Assembly (NCBI GenBank): GCA_040285825.1
Contig: JAUPSS010000005.1
Location: 434,001 to 498,000, forward strand
Reading direction: 5' to 3'
Source: Eukaryota sp. TZLM1-RC
Lineage: Eukaryota > Protista > Metamonada: BaSk clade
DNA length: 64,000 bases
This document shows positions 49,321 to 60,155 of the stretch, one piece after another. Every line of letters starts with the position of its first letter. Within the stretch, counting starts at the first letter, position 1. Position numbers and translations under genes: made by a program. A model generated the notes under the pieces. The model ran no database searches. It had not been told where the DNA came from and saw only the letters and a program-made list of their open reading frames with translations.

Positions 49321-50859
49321 TTTTTTTTAAATTTAGTTTTATTCTAAACCTATCAATCAACATCTAAAAAATCCAACTCTCCCAAAACAAAAACACTAGA
49401 TGCAACTCTCTCATAGTGAGATCCAAGAGAAAGCAAAGCATCAGAAACCATCTTCAACATCTCCTTAAAAATAGAAAACACAATTCTATTTTGCCAAAAC
49501 AATCTGTTGAAATTTCTGCCAGTTCTTCTCTTTACAATCATTTCAAAATCATCCAAAAAACGTAGAGCAGTTGGTGCAAGTGAACCAAAAAGGGAAAATA
49601 CAAATGGATACAAATTGTATTTTGCATGCTGTAGACTGGCCAATTTGGACAAAGGTTCATTGTATTTTTTGAATTTAAAATTTTCAGCATTTGAAAGGGG
49701 ATTATGAATTTCAGAATTAACAAGCCTTTCATTTGAGGCATTACAAGGATCAACAGACATTACATCCAATAAAATGAAGCTTCCATCTAATCCAGGTAAT
49801 ATGACATCACCTCTATTATTCTTATGAAAATCATTTTCAGCATCAAACAGATTTGACAACAGAGGTTCCAAGAAGGATTCAATTCTATGAGATTTACACA
49901 TACAATATAACTGGTCTCTTACAGCATCATGAACCTTGCTTCTAAGAGTAATAAAATGTTTACAATTTAACAAATGAGTAGTTGTAATTTCTCGAGAACA
50001 TTTACAAATTAAATTATGAGGTAAATTATCAGGCCAGATAAAGGAACGAAATCTCATATTCAGAGTCCAAGCAGAATCGGATAAGAGAGTACCATAAACT
50101 TGTGGAATTGTTGTTACTAAGGCAGAAGAAGTACTGTCACACATATCTTGTAAAAGATTTGCAAAAGTGGGATTCTTTTTCTTGGCCAAGTCTAACATCA
50201 AAATCCAAGCTTTCAAAAATCTTTGACAATTTTTGTTGAAGCTTTTTACAGCAAAACTGTAAATTAAATAGAGATCGGTTTGGAATTTCTTGAATAGATT
50301 GAGGAAAACATTTGGTCCAAATTTGTGGCGGCAATTTTTCAAGTTCACAAGATAACTCATACAAATAGGGACTACAATTGGGGACTAACAGATGAGAATC
50401 ATCAGGAAATCTACGAGAAAATTCATAAATAAAATTTTTGCCACCACCCAAGAATGCTGATTGACACAAAATTGAAGATTTAGTAAATCCAATACCCCCC
50501 AAATTTGCTGAAGAAAATAAGTGACTTTTCAACATTCCTGGTTCTACATCCAATAAATCAGCAAAAAATTCTGTTCTCAATGAATTGAATGAACGACAAA
50601 AATCTAATGCTATGGAAGGAGCACAAGATCTCAAAATGTGGGTTATTCTCCCAGTGTAGCAAATTTTAAGCATGAAAAATTTAATATGCTTTTCTATAAC
50701 TAAAGAAGAAATTGAATCAAGTTCAATTTTCATTTTTTCCAAAATAACTTGCAATTCATTCTGAATTTGAGGCACATTTCCTAGCCAACAACCAAGGAAC
50801 TTAAAAGCATCACTACTATAATTCGTAAAAGGGACAATAGAATCGTTTATCACGAGGTC
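49321..50859 (-). mobile_element. 5'-truncated CRE-like family B copy
   Basis: FLGC, GGIG, CKCS..HLLNC, VHDAVRD, RGDV, LDV, KY. TSD TTCGTTATTTAAA at 49308-49320 and 50860-50872. Confidence 0.93.
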
Positions 50860-51071
50860 TTCGTTATTTAAAAGATCATTTGAACGATCTTGCCTCTGAT
50901 CATGATGCCTAATAGAAGTCCCTCGAGCGTAAACTGTATTTGTGTATTTGATATTCACATTTCTCTTCATCTTTCAACAAAATTTAGAATTTCGGAAAAA
51001 TTGGAAATGTTGTTCCAAGAAATTATTTGAAACATGATTTTTTTAGAAGAAGTCAAGGTTCAGTTAGTCCT

Positions 51072-51582
51072 AGAATAATATTTATTGAACATGCACACTT
51101 AATGAAATTAATTCATAACTAATGGGACGAAATTCATTGAACCAAGATTTCTTCTGCAAAATCTTGATCTGCTTGCTGTCTAGCTAAAGCTTCTCTTATT
51201 CGATTGAAAAACCGAGGTAATGTATTAATAATGGCAAATTGAATTCAAGGGCGCCATAAAAAGTTATCAAATCTTTTCATTGCTTTTCTTGAACCATTTT
51301 TGGAAATCATTCAAAAAAGTTAATGCTTCTACTGATAGTCTTCCGTTTATCGAAAATGGGAAAGCAATAAAAACTAGCTGTGTCTTTCTATTAGCATTAG
51401 GTTCTTCGATATTCTTGTCATATTTTCTATGTTTTTCTTTTGCTTTATAATCAAGGGCACTCACAGGATTAAGTTTTCTTCTGTGAATCAAAGTGTCATT
51501 TGCAACATTACATGAGACAAAGTCAACAATAGCTTCAGAATTATCAATCCAATCACAGTATACATTACCTCTATCATCAGAA
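51072..51582 (-). mobile_element. Short 5'-truncated family A copy
   Basis: Starts at DDRGN and ends EILVQ* plus tail. TSD AGTTAGTCCT at 51062-51071 and 51583-51592. Confidence 0.9.
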
Positions 51583-51679
51583 AGTTAGTCCTGTAGTAGG
51601 AAGAAACATCTACTCCATTTTAATTTAAAAGTAAAAATTGAGGTGAATAATATTAAATTTAGTCACACTCCCCATTCCA

Positions 51680-53221
51680 ATGTTTGATCCTACACAGAGG
51701 TACGACCGTCAGATACGTCTTTGGGGCTCTCATGGTCAAGCTCGTCTAGTCTCTTCCAAAATCCTTGTTTTTGGCAGTTGTCCTGCTACTTCTGAAACTT
51801 TAAAAAACCTTGTTCTTCCAGGAATCGGAGAAGTGGTTGTCATTGATGATGCCACTGTCACAGAACGTGACATTCATCGAGACTTCTTCCTTCACCAGAC
51901 AGATATCGGATCCTCCAGAGCTGATTCCATATGCAAACATCTCTCCAAGATCAACGATTCAGTTTCCTTTACTTCACTTCATCAAGATCCTAACACCGTT
52001 TCCCGTTCTGTCAATTTCATTGAGAAGCACAAGCCCTCTATTGTGCTAGGAATTACGTTGACTGTTACGTCGTCTAGTATTTGTTTCAAACTGTGTAATC
52101 AATCATCAATCCCATTTTTGACCCTTTCCATTATTGGCCCTTTCTTTTCTTTACGTTTATTTGCTGGTCTTTACGGGTCAATTGAGACACATTTTGACCC
52201 TATTTTTGACCCTTTGCTCAACTCTCCCCCTAAGAAAGTGACTGAATTAGTCAGTGTCTTTCACAATAATGGTTTTGGTGACCATATTCCATGGCCTGTC
52301 ATGTGCCTTGCTGCCATAGACCATCTTAAAAGCAAAGGTGAAATTGGTAGCACGGTAAGTAAACAAGATATGGGAAAAGTCAAACTGATTCTCAAAGACT
52401 GGAAAGGAAAAAGATTTGATATTGAGAGTATTGTTGAGTGTGAGTCTAATCTTTATACTGCTTTCAGTTCTCTAGACGTACCACCATCAGTTGATGAATG
52501 TTTCAGAATTGTTCAATCAAAAGCAATACCAGAAGGTCAAAAATCTGATCATTTTTGGTCTTTGATGACGTGTCTTTTTGAGTTTTATACACGACATTCA
52601 CGCCTTCCCCATAATGGTTTCGTTCCTGATATGGATTCTGATCCCCAATCTTATGGTATTATCAGGCAGTCTTATAGACTGGCATTTGAAAAAGATATTG
52701 AATGTTTAAAAGACATTTATCAAGAGAAAATTGGTAGTATTAATAATGGAATTGAATCTGAAATAGTTCGGCTTTGTAAAAATTCCAGAACCATACATAT
52801 TTCACAATACCCTTTGTCATTTCTTCCATTTGACACTTTGAAACAAGAAATTATTGATAATCCAAACCAAGAATCACTTGCTACCTTTATATTCCCTCTC
52901 ACCATTGCCTTTCTAAGGTTTAAAGAAGCACATGGAAGATTTCCTTTAAACAATATAGATGATCGACAAGCTCTGCAGTTGTTGTTGGATCATTTGGAAA
53001 CTGAAATTGGCGTGGAAAAATATTTTGATTCGGCAACTGGTCATGATTTGATTGATGAAATGATTAGATCAAAAGACGCACTTCTTCATTGCATCTGCTC
53101 AATCAGTGGATCAATCACTGCACAAGAAGTCATCAAGGTTGTTACAAAACAATTTACCCCAATTAGTAATACTTTTATTTGGAATGGAATTAAAGGTTTT
53201 GGTGACGTTCTTAAGTTGTAA
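51680..53221 (+). CDS. NAE1: NEDD8-activating enzyme E1 regulatory subunit (NAE1/APPBP1/Ula1)
   Basis: RYDRQIRLWGSHGQ, ETLKNLVLPGIG, HIPW, LP..G.VPDM.SD...Y, AQEVIKVVTKQF.PI.NTFI.NGI. Confidence 0.93.
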   Translation: MFDPTQRYDRQIRLWGSHGQARLVSSKILVFGSCPATSETLKNLVLPGIGEVVVIDDATVTERDIHRDFFLHQTDIGSSRADSICKHLSKINDSVSFTSLHQDPNTVSRSVNFIEKHKPSIVLGITLTVTSSSICFKLCNQSSIPFLTLSIIGPFFSLRLFAGLYGSIETHFDPIFDPLLNSPPKKVTELVSVFHNNGFGDHIPWPVMCLAAIDHLKSKGEIGSTVSKQDMGKVKLILKDWKGKRFDIESIVECESNLYTAFSSLDVPPSVDECFRIVQSKAIPEGQKSDHFWSLMTCLFEFYTRHSRLPHNGFVPDMDSDPQSYGIIRQSYRLAFEKDIECLKDIYQEKIGSINNGIESEIVRLCKNSRTIHISQYPLSFLPFDTLKQEIIDNPNQESLATFIFPLTIAFLRFKEAHGRFPLNNIDDRQALQLLLDHLETEIGVEKYFDSATGHDLIDEMIRSKDALLHCICSISGSITAQEVIKVVTKQFTPISNTFIWNGIKGFGDVLKL

Positions 53222-54109
53222 TTAGTAAAAATTCTTGTATGTTTTGTGTTATTTCTGAACGTTTGTTGGTAGAAACTATTTTTTATAGAAGGTGATGTTT
53301 CTAATATAATAAAAGTAAAATTAAATAATTAGCAACTAGTAGCCCAAGTTCCGAAACGAAGAGGAATCATTGCATCATTCTGTTAACAAAAGTCAACACA
53401 ACCATAAAAAAACTGAATTTATTGCCAAAGGGAGTAGTTAACGTATCTTGTAACGAAATGAAACACAACCGTACAATGAAGACAACGTTAATTTATACAA
53501 AGTGATGAGAATAGATTTGAAGCTTAAATTCACTGTATTGAGATGAGAACATTGATAAACATGATAAATATTCAAAAATGCAAAACCTACAAGCGTTATA
53601 TAGAAAATTATAAACAATATGACCTTTGAAAAACACAATAATTGAAATAACAACATGAATTTCACTACTAACCATAGAAGATCTCCAAAAATCTGAGAAA
53701 TATACTGTGATTTGGAATTAATTAATAATAAATAGATCAGTTACCAAAGTATTGCTTGATGAAAATTTTATTACATCATCTTTGTACACCACAGTTTTCA
53801 ATAGGATACAGTACATTTTGAATGATTTAACCTCAGATCCACGACCAGCCATCACCAAATTAGTACTTTAAAGGCAAGTTTTATGAATAAGTAAAAGTGG
53901 TGCCGGTTCCCATTACTCATTCTGTTAAAGATTCAAGATGTATATATTATAGAAATTCAAATTCAGTACTCAGTATTGAGTTGAATTAATGACGCAAATT
54001 CTCAATCCTTCAATAAATGAGGATGTGAGAGGTTTAAAGTCTATTTTAGGATTGTAGTTGCCAATAATTACGAAAGGATTTATCGAATAAAAATGACAAA
54101 GCATGACTA

Positions 54110-54407
54110 CTAAAATATCAATGACACCAAGAAAGCGTTTTCTGAAGTAAATCAAGGCTGATTTCCAACCATGAAGGATGGCGATGAATACTATACATCA
54201 GCCAAAGTGAACTGTTGCAAAGTTTTCCATGAAGACCTTTACTTTATAGAGAATGGAAAAAGGGAAAAGTCTAAAGCCTATTTTACATGTCCAGAATGTG
54301 GGATGGTTTGGTCAAGAGATATCTCTGCATCGAGAAACCAGTGCGAGATTGCAGTAAGTAAGTATTTTTTGAACACAAGACCCCTAGCTTTTAGAAGACC
54401 TCAGTAA
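54110..54407 (+). pseudogene. Second Fanzor/TnpB relic (C-terminal RuvC-II, Zn finger, RuvC-III)
   Basis: TPRKRFLK*IKADF, then after a frameshift GDEYYTSAKVNCC...FTCPECGMVWSRDISASRNQ...TRPLAFRRPQ*. Confidence 0.82.
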
Positions 54408-54510
54408 GAGTATTCAAATCCAACGTATTTTGATCTAAGCCAATCATTTCCGGATGGTTAAGTTTAGACATGTGGATGTGGTTGAAGTTCTGGAAGTTGA
54501 CATTTCAGAC
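54408..54510 (+). ncRNA. Candidate omegaRNA scaffold downstream of the Fanzor stop
   Basis: Nested stem TTCAA/TTGAA, ATCCA/TGGAT, TCTAAGC/GTTTAGA, AATCAT/ATGGTT (54413-54486), then hairpin TCTGGAA/TTTCAGA (54489-54509). The position matches known TnpB/Fanzor omegaRNAs. Confidence 0.45.
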
Positions 54511-54543
54511 AGATAATTCATAACTTGCTCCCCTATTCACTAT

Positions 54544-55749
54544 ATGCCAGATAGATATCATAGGAATCGCTTCAAGCGACACCAATTGGACATTGAGGAC
54601 ACAAAGCACAAGCTTTATGATGCTGCCAAACGACTCATACAGAGTCTATCCTCTCCCTCTGTTCTGTCATCAATACCTTATGTCCATGTCTATAATGGAG
54701 TTGTAGGTGTTTTGTACGCCTTGGGTCATGCAAGTTTGATTTTACCAGAAGCTGGAGTTGTGGTTGAATCAATTTTACGTGATATTGATATAGCGAAGCT
54801 AGTTGAACTTCATGGTGGGCAATCAGCTGGGCTTTTATCTCAATGTAGTGCGTTTGGAGTTTATGCACTTGCTCTGTATATCATTGGTCATCAGACCGAT
54901 GCAGTTCAACAGGCTCAAATGGCAATCTCCAAAGCAGAGGAAGTTCTAGAGTATTTCATTGATGATGAAGTGTTGTATGGAAGGGCAGGTTTACTTGCAA
55001 TATTACAACAGATAGAGAAGATACTTCCGGAGACTCAAGGTCAACACATCCTACGAGTACGACAACGCATCGTTCAACAGCTCATTCATAATCTTGAAAA
55101 GATTACGGTTGGAGATCTTCCCCTGGTTCTACTATGGAATGATGCACCCTTGCTGGGAGCAGCTCATGGTCTTTCTGGTGTGTTACATGTCTTGCTCAAC
55201 GACCTTAAATTACTGGATGAAAGAGAGAAGTCACTTGTTTTTCAGAGCTGCAAAGCATTTGTTCGATTGCAACTGAGATCAGGTAATTTCCCTGCATCCA
55301 TAGATAACAAGCACGAGGAACTAGTGCAGTGGTGTCATGGATGTCCTGGTGTCATCCCATTCCTAATAGCAGCGAAGAATCGTATTTGCGAGATCTCAAC
55401 ATGTGGTGATCTAGCCAAGCTGTATGATTCAGCTCTCGTCAAGGCAATAGAACTAACTTGGAAGAAAGGTCTCTTAACTAAAGGACCGTCTATATGCCAT
55501 GGTACATCAGGGAATGGTTATGCCTTCCTCAGATACTACCTTGACAACCATATCCAAAATAGTTTGATCGACGCACTCCAATTTGCATTGTTTGCGTCGG
55601 AACAAGAATATGGGATATCACGCCCAACCTCTCCTCACTCCCTGTTCATTGGTGATGCTGGAGTTCTTTTGTACATTACTGATTGTGTTTTGTGTATCGA
55701 GAATAGATCAGATGAAGTCAGTGGTCCTGTAGGTGTCCCTTTTCTTTGA
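54544..55749 (+). CDS. LanC-like protein (LANCL; glutathione/dehydroalanine C-S ligase family)
   Basis: DEVLYGRAG, GAAHGLSG, GNFP, VQWCHGCPG, ICHGTSGNGYAFL, SLF.G.AG. The Zn ligands C/C/H are present. Confidence 0.92.
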   Translation: MPDRYHRNRFKRHQLDIEDTKHKLYDAAKRLIQSLSSPSVLSSIPYVHVYNGVVGVLYALGHASLILPEAGVVVESILRDIDIAKLVELHGGQSAGLLSQCSAFGVYALALYIIGHQTDAVQQAQMAISKAEEVLEYFIDDEVLYGRAGLLAILQQIEKILPETQGQHILRVRQRIVQQLIHNLEKITVGDLPLVLLWNDAPLLGAAHGLSGVLHVLLNDLKLLDEREKSLVFQSCKAFVRLQLRSGNFPASIDNKHEELVQWCHGCPGVIPFLIAAKNRICEISTCGDLAKLYDSALVKAIELTWKKGLLTKGPSICHGTSGNGYAFLRYYLDNHIQNSLIDALQFALFASEQEYGISRPTSPHSLFIGDAGVLLYITDCVLCIENRSDEVSGPVGVPFL

Positions 55750-56219
55750 TGTTGTTACAATAACAAGATTATAATAATCACTATAAGATTTTGGTTCAAT
55801 CCACCCACTCAATCATGGTTCTCAAAATTTAATATAATTTGGTTAGTCAAAAACAGGATTAATCTTGCCCATCTATACTATCCATTAAGAGATAAAAACA
55901 AAATGTCGACTCTAGATGTTCAACCTCTCAAAGTTGCTAGACATCTTTCAAAAGCTTTCAAAAGCGGGCAGTATTGATTGCACATCCTCTGTAAAAGTAC
56001 CTCGTTCTAAACTACTCTCGGAAAAGTTGACAAACGACAGTACTGTTGAAGCACTGGACCAGAAACAATCTCATCGAATAAAAATAATGTGTCACTCAAG
56101 TTTATGCGGAATAAAAGTATCACTCATTGATAATATAACAACGAGAAACTTAAACAACAATCTTGAAATTCTAAATCTTCATACCCCAAACTAATGGAAA
56201 AAAATCAATAATGTAAATA

Positions 56220-56521
56220 CAACAATCCTTGAATGCTGAATCGCATACTCATTATGTATTTTGTCCATTTGCTTTTTACCTATAAGGTTGCTGGGAGCAC
56301 TTACTTAATCTTTCTTGAATGATTATGTTGACATTGTGCAACCACGTGAAGGAAGAAATTTTGACAAAATGTTTCGGCAGAATAGAATTGAATTTTCAAT
56401 TTTTAGAGGAGTTGTCCCCTTATTACCTTCTACTGTATTATCTCTTGGTCGTTTTTATGAAAGAAAAACCTCCAATCAATTCTTTTTGGTTGATTTGGGG
56501 TATGAAGATTTAAAATTATGA
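56220..56521 (+). mobile_element. CRE-like family F 3' remnant
   Basis: LNAESHTHYVFCPFAF...QNRIEFSIFRG...DLGYEDLKL*. Confidence 0.7.
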
Positions 56522-56530
56522 GAATTAAAT

Positions 56531-57398
56531 ACCATTTTCACCTTTTTTATGAATTAATTTAGCTAAATGTGCATCTTCTATTGTTATGAATAGATTTAAT
56601 TAAGTGTACATGTTCAATAAATATAATTTTAACCTTTTTTCAAAAATTGTTACCCATTTTCACCTTTTCACCGTTCCACATAAACCAAATTTTGAAAACT
56701 CCCATTTTCACCCTGATGATTGTTTCCTTAGAGAGTCTAACAAAGAATACTCTTAAAGAACTGAAAACCAACACAACTTTCACCTGTAGTGAGTCTTTTA
56801 AGTGATCAAGACCTTCCGTCACTACTGATCTAGTGCTTGTCAGGTTTACAAAACATAAAGAAGATGGAGAATGAAATACATGTTGCAGAGGATCTCCCAA
56901 AACAAGTGTAACAAAAATTATAGCTTATTTGAAGAAAGAAAATATAAGAAAATCATTTATTGAACTTGCACACTTAATTAGATTAACTCATAACTAATGG
57001 GACGAATATCATTGAACCAAGATTTCCTCTACAAAATCTTGATTTGCTTGCTGTCTAGCTAAAGCTTCTCTAATTCGATTGAAAAACCAAAGTTCGAACC
57101 CAAAGTAACAACAAGACAGACCTACAACTTCACGTGGTGTAAAGTATGGGGCTGGTAGAAAGTGGGCACTGACGAAACTGTTGAAGCTAAAAGGAAGATG
57201 TGATTAATATGGCCATAATGCCCGAACATGCAACAAGTAGATACAATGTAGTGTTTGAGACATGTGAGTGTTTAAAAATAAAGTTAGTATTTATTTAAGT
57301 AAAAATATTATTTATAAAACCAGAGAGAAGAGTTGATGAAATCTGGGGTGAAAATGGCCAAAAATTTTTCAAAAAAAGGTGAAAATGGGTCGGCACTC
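56531..57398 (+). mobile_element. Internally deleted Mutator-like (MULE) relic with inverted terminal motifs, carrying family A tail fragments
   Basis: CCATTTTCACC x3 at left and GGTGAAAATGG x2 at right (57347-57389). Inside are RPTTSR...GRCD*YGHNARTCNK* (CCHC knuckle) and a family A 3' piece at ~56950-57090 (-). Confidence 0.5.
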
Positions 57399-57559
57399 AA
57401 TTTTAAAGTTTGTTGTTTAGTGTTTTGTTTCTATGAATTGATAAAACATAGGTTCAAAAAAAATACAACAAAATTGCTCAATCTTCTGAAAACGATAATT
57501 TTGTTGTCCTATTTGCAAAAAAGGTGTTACAGATTCAAGAAATGGTCGAAAACTTTTGT

Positions 57560-60098
57560 TTAGCACCAAGTGTAAAGCTGCTGGCACTGTTAGACCTCCA
57601 ATTCAGATTTCAATAGAAATTAGCCCCACCCGTACAATTCCCTTCTCAAAGGAAATGCGAAGTTTTACTTCTGAATTAAAAAATAATAGGTGGAATATTT
57701 TCTACCTTCTGGAAATATTTTGCTAGAAAAAACAAACAATGTTTGAAAAAAAAATTGAGAATAAGAAAAATTGTAAAATCAAAAAATATCCGAAAGTTGT
57801 GCTTACGTGGTCGTTATGTAGCTGCAATACAGTCCTTGTTTTCCTCTTCTTTGGCTGATGCTAATTCTGAAACTTTTGAAAAACTTCAAAAGTTGCATCC
57901 TCAGGAAAATTTCAAGTGCAACAAGCCTGATGTTTGTCCTTTTTGGATTGAAAATTAAATTTGCGCAATAGAAATTTTCAAAGCTATTAAAAACTACCAA
58001 AAGGAAAAGCTGCAGGTCCATCTGGAATTTCTTTTGATCTGTTGAAAATAGCTTCTAAATTTTTGAATCCTCATCAATTTGGAATAAAACCAATTGATGG
58101 TGCTTCTGTTGTTGCTCTTGCCTCTGATACTTTGTTTAATGCAGAGGAAAATAACTTTATTTTTAATCTTGACTTTAAAAATGCTTTTAATTCTGTAAAG
58201 CGAAAAACAATTTTTGAAGTAATTAAATCTGATTTTCTTGAGCTTTTTAGTTTTTTCTACCAATTTTATGGTAAAGAATCAGATTTAATATTTAATTCTT
58301 TTGGTTTAAAATCATCTTCTGGTGTGAACAAGGTGATCCTTTAGGCCCATTATTGTTTTGTTTAGCTATTCACAAAAGTTTTAATATCATTGAGCAAAAA
58401 TACCCTTCTATAAAAAAAGTTGCTTATATGGATGATATATTTTTGATTGGTTCATTGAATTTACTAGAGTTGGTTGCTCAAGAATTTGCCGATTCATATG
58501 AAAATATTGGGCTTCATCTTAATGCCAGCAAATGCCTTCTGATTGGCTCTTCTGCTCAAGACCTCGTGATAAACGATTCTATTGTCCCTTTTACTAATTA
58601 TAGTAGTGATGCTTTTAAGTTCCTCGGTTGTTGGTTAGGAAATGTGCCTCAAATTCAGAATGAATTGCAAGTTATTTTGGAAAAAATGAAAATTGAACTT
58701 GATTCAATTTCTTCTTTAGATATAGAAAAGCATATTAAATTTTTCATGCTTAAAATTTGCTACACTGGGAGAATAACCCACATTTTGAGATCTTGTGCTC
58801 CTTCCATAGCATTAGATTTTTGTCGTTCATTCAATTCATTGACAACAGAATTTTTTGCTGATTTATTGGATGTAGAACCAGGAATGTTGAAAAGTCACTT
58901 ATTTTCTTCAGCAAATTTGGGGGGTATTGGATTTACGAAATCTTCAATTTTGTGTCAATCAGCATTCTTGGGTGGATGCAAGAATTTTATTTATGAATTT
59001 TCTCATAGATTTCCTCATGATTTTCATCTGTTAGTTCCCAGTTGCAGTTCATATTTGAATGAGTAATCTTGTGAACTTGATAGATTGCCACCACAAACTT
59101 GGACCAAATGTTTTCCCCAATCAATTCAAGAAATACCAAACCGATCTCTTTTTAATTTGCAGTTTTGCTGTAAAAAGCTTCAACAAAAATTGTCAAAGGT
59201 TTTGAAAGCTTGAATTTTGATGTTAGACTTGGCTTGGCCACGAAAAAGAATCCCGCTTTTGCAAATCTTTTACAAGATATGCGTGATAGTACTTCTGCCT
59301 TAGTAACATCAATTCCTGAAGTCTATGGTACTCTTTGAACTGACTCTGCTTGGACTTTGAATATGAGATTTCGTTCCTTTATCTGGCATGATAGTTTACC
59401 TCATAATTTAATTTGTAAATGTTCTCAAAAAATTATAATTACTCATTTGTTAAATTGTAAACATTTCATTACTTTTAGAAGCAAGGTTCACGATGCTGTA
59501 AGAGACCAGTTATATTGTATGTGTAAGTGTCACAGAATTGAATCCTTCTTGGAACCTCTGTTGTCAAATCTGTTTGATACTGAAGATGATTTTCATAAGA
59601 ATGATAGAGGTGATGTAATATTACCTGGATCAGATGGAAGCTTCATTTTATTGGATGTAATGTCTGTTGATCCTTGTGATGCCTCAAATAAAAGGCTTGT
59701 TAATTCTGAAATTCATAATCCTCTTTCAAATGCTGAAAATTTCAAAATTCAAAAATACAATGAACCTTTGTCCAAATTGTCCAGTCAACAGCATACAAAC
59801 TACAATTTGTATCCATTTGTATTTTCTCTTTTTGGTTCACTTGCTCATACGGCTATAGATTTTATGGCAGATTTTAAAATGATTGTAAAGAGAAGAACTA
59901 ACAGAAATCTCAAAAGATTGTTTTGGCAAAATAGAATTGTGTTTTCTATTTTTCAGGGGATGTTGAAGACGGTTTCTGATGCTTTGCTTTCTCTTGGATC
60001 TCACAATGAGAGAGTTGCAGCTAGTGTTTTTGTTTTGGGAGAGATGGATTTTTTAGATGTTGATTTATAGGTTTTTAATAAAAAAATTAAAAAAAAAG
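57560..60098 (+). mobile_element. Longest CRE-like family B copy (frameshifted, internal deletion)
   Basis: LQKLHPQE, KAAGPSG, HQFG, DFKNAFNS, YMDD, FLG, GGIG, CCHC, RGDV. Ends MDFLDVDL*, then AATAAA and an A tail. Confidence 0.92.
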
Positions 60099-60155
60099 AT
60101 CAATTTGAATTATTTATTGAGATTTAGCACATAACCTTGTCCAAACTTGATTCAA

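Noticed and set aside
55916-56194. Possible leucine-rich-repeat fragment
   Set aside because: Only a weak, degenerate pattern; cannot be supported without a search.
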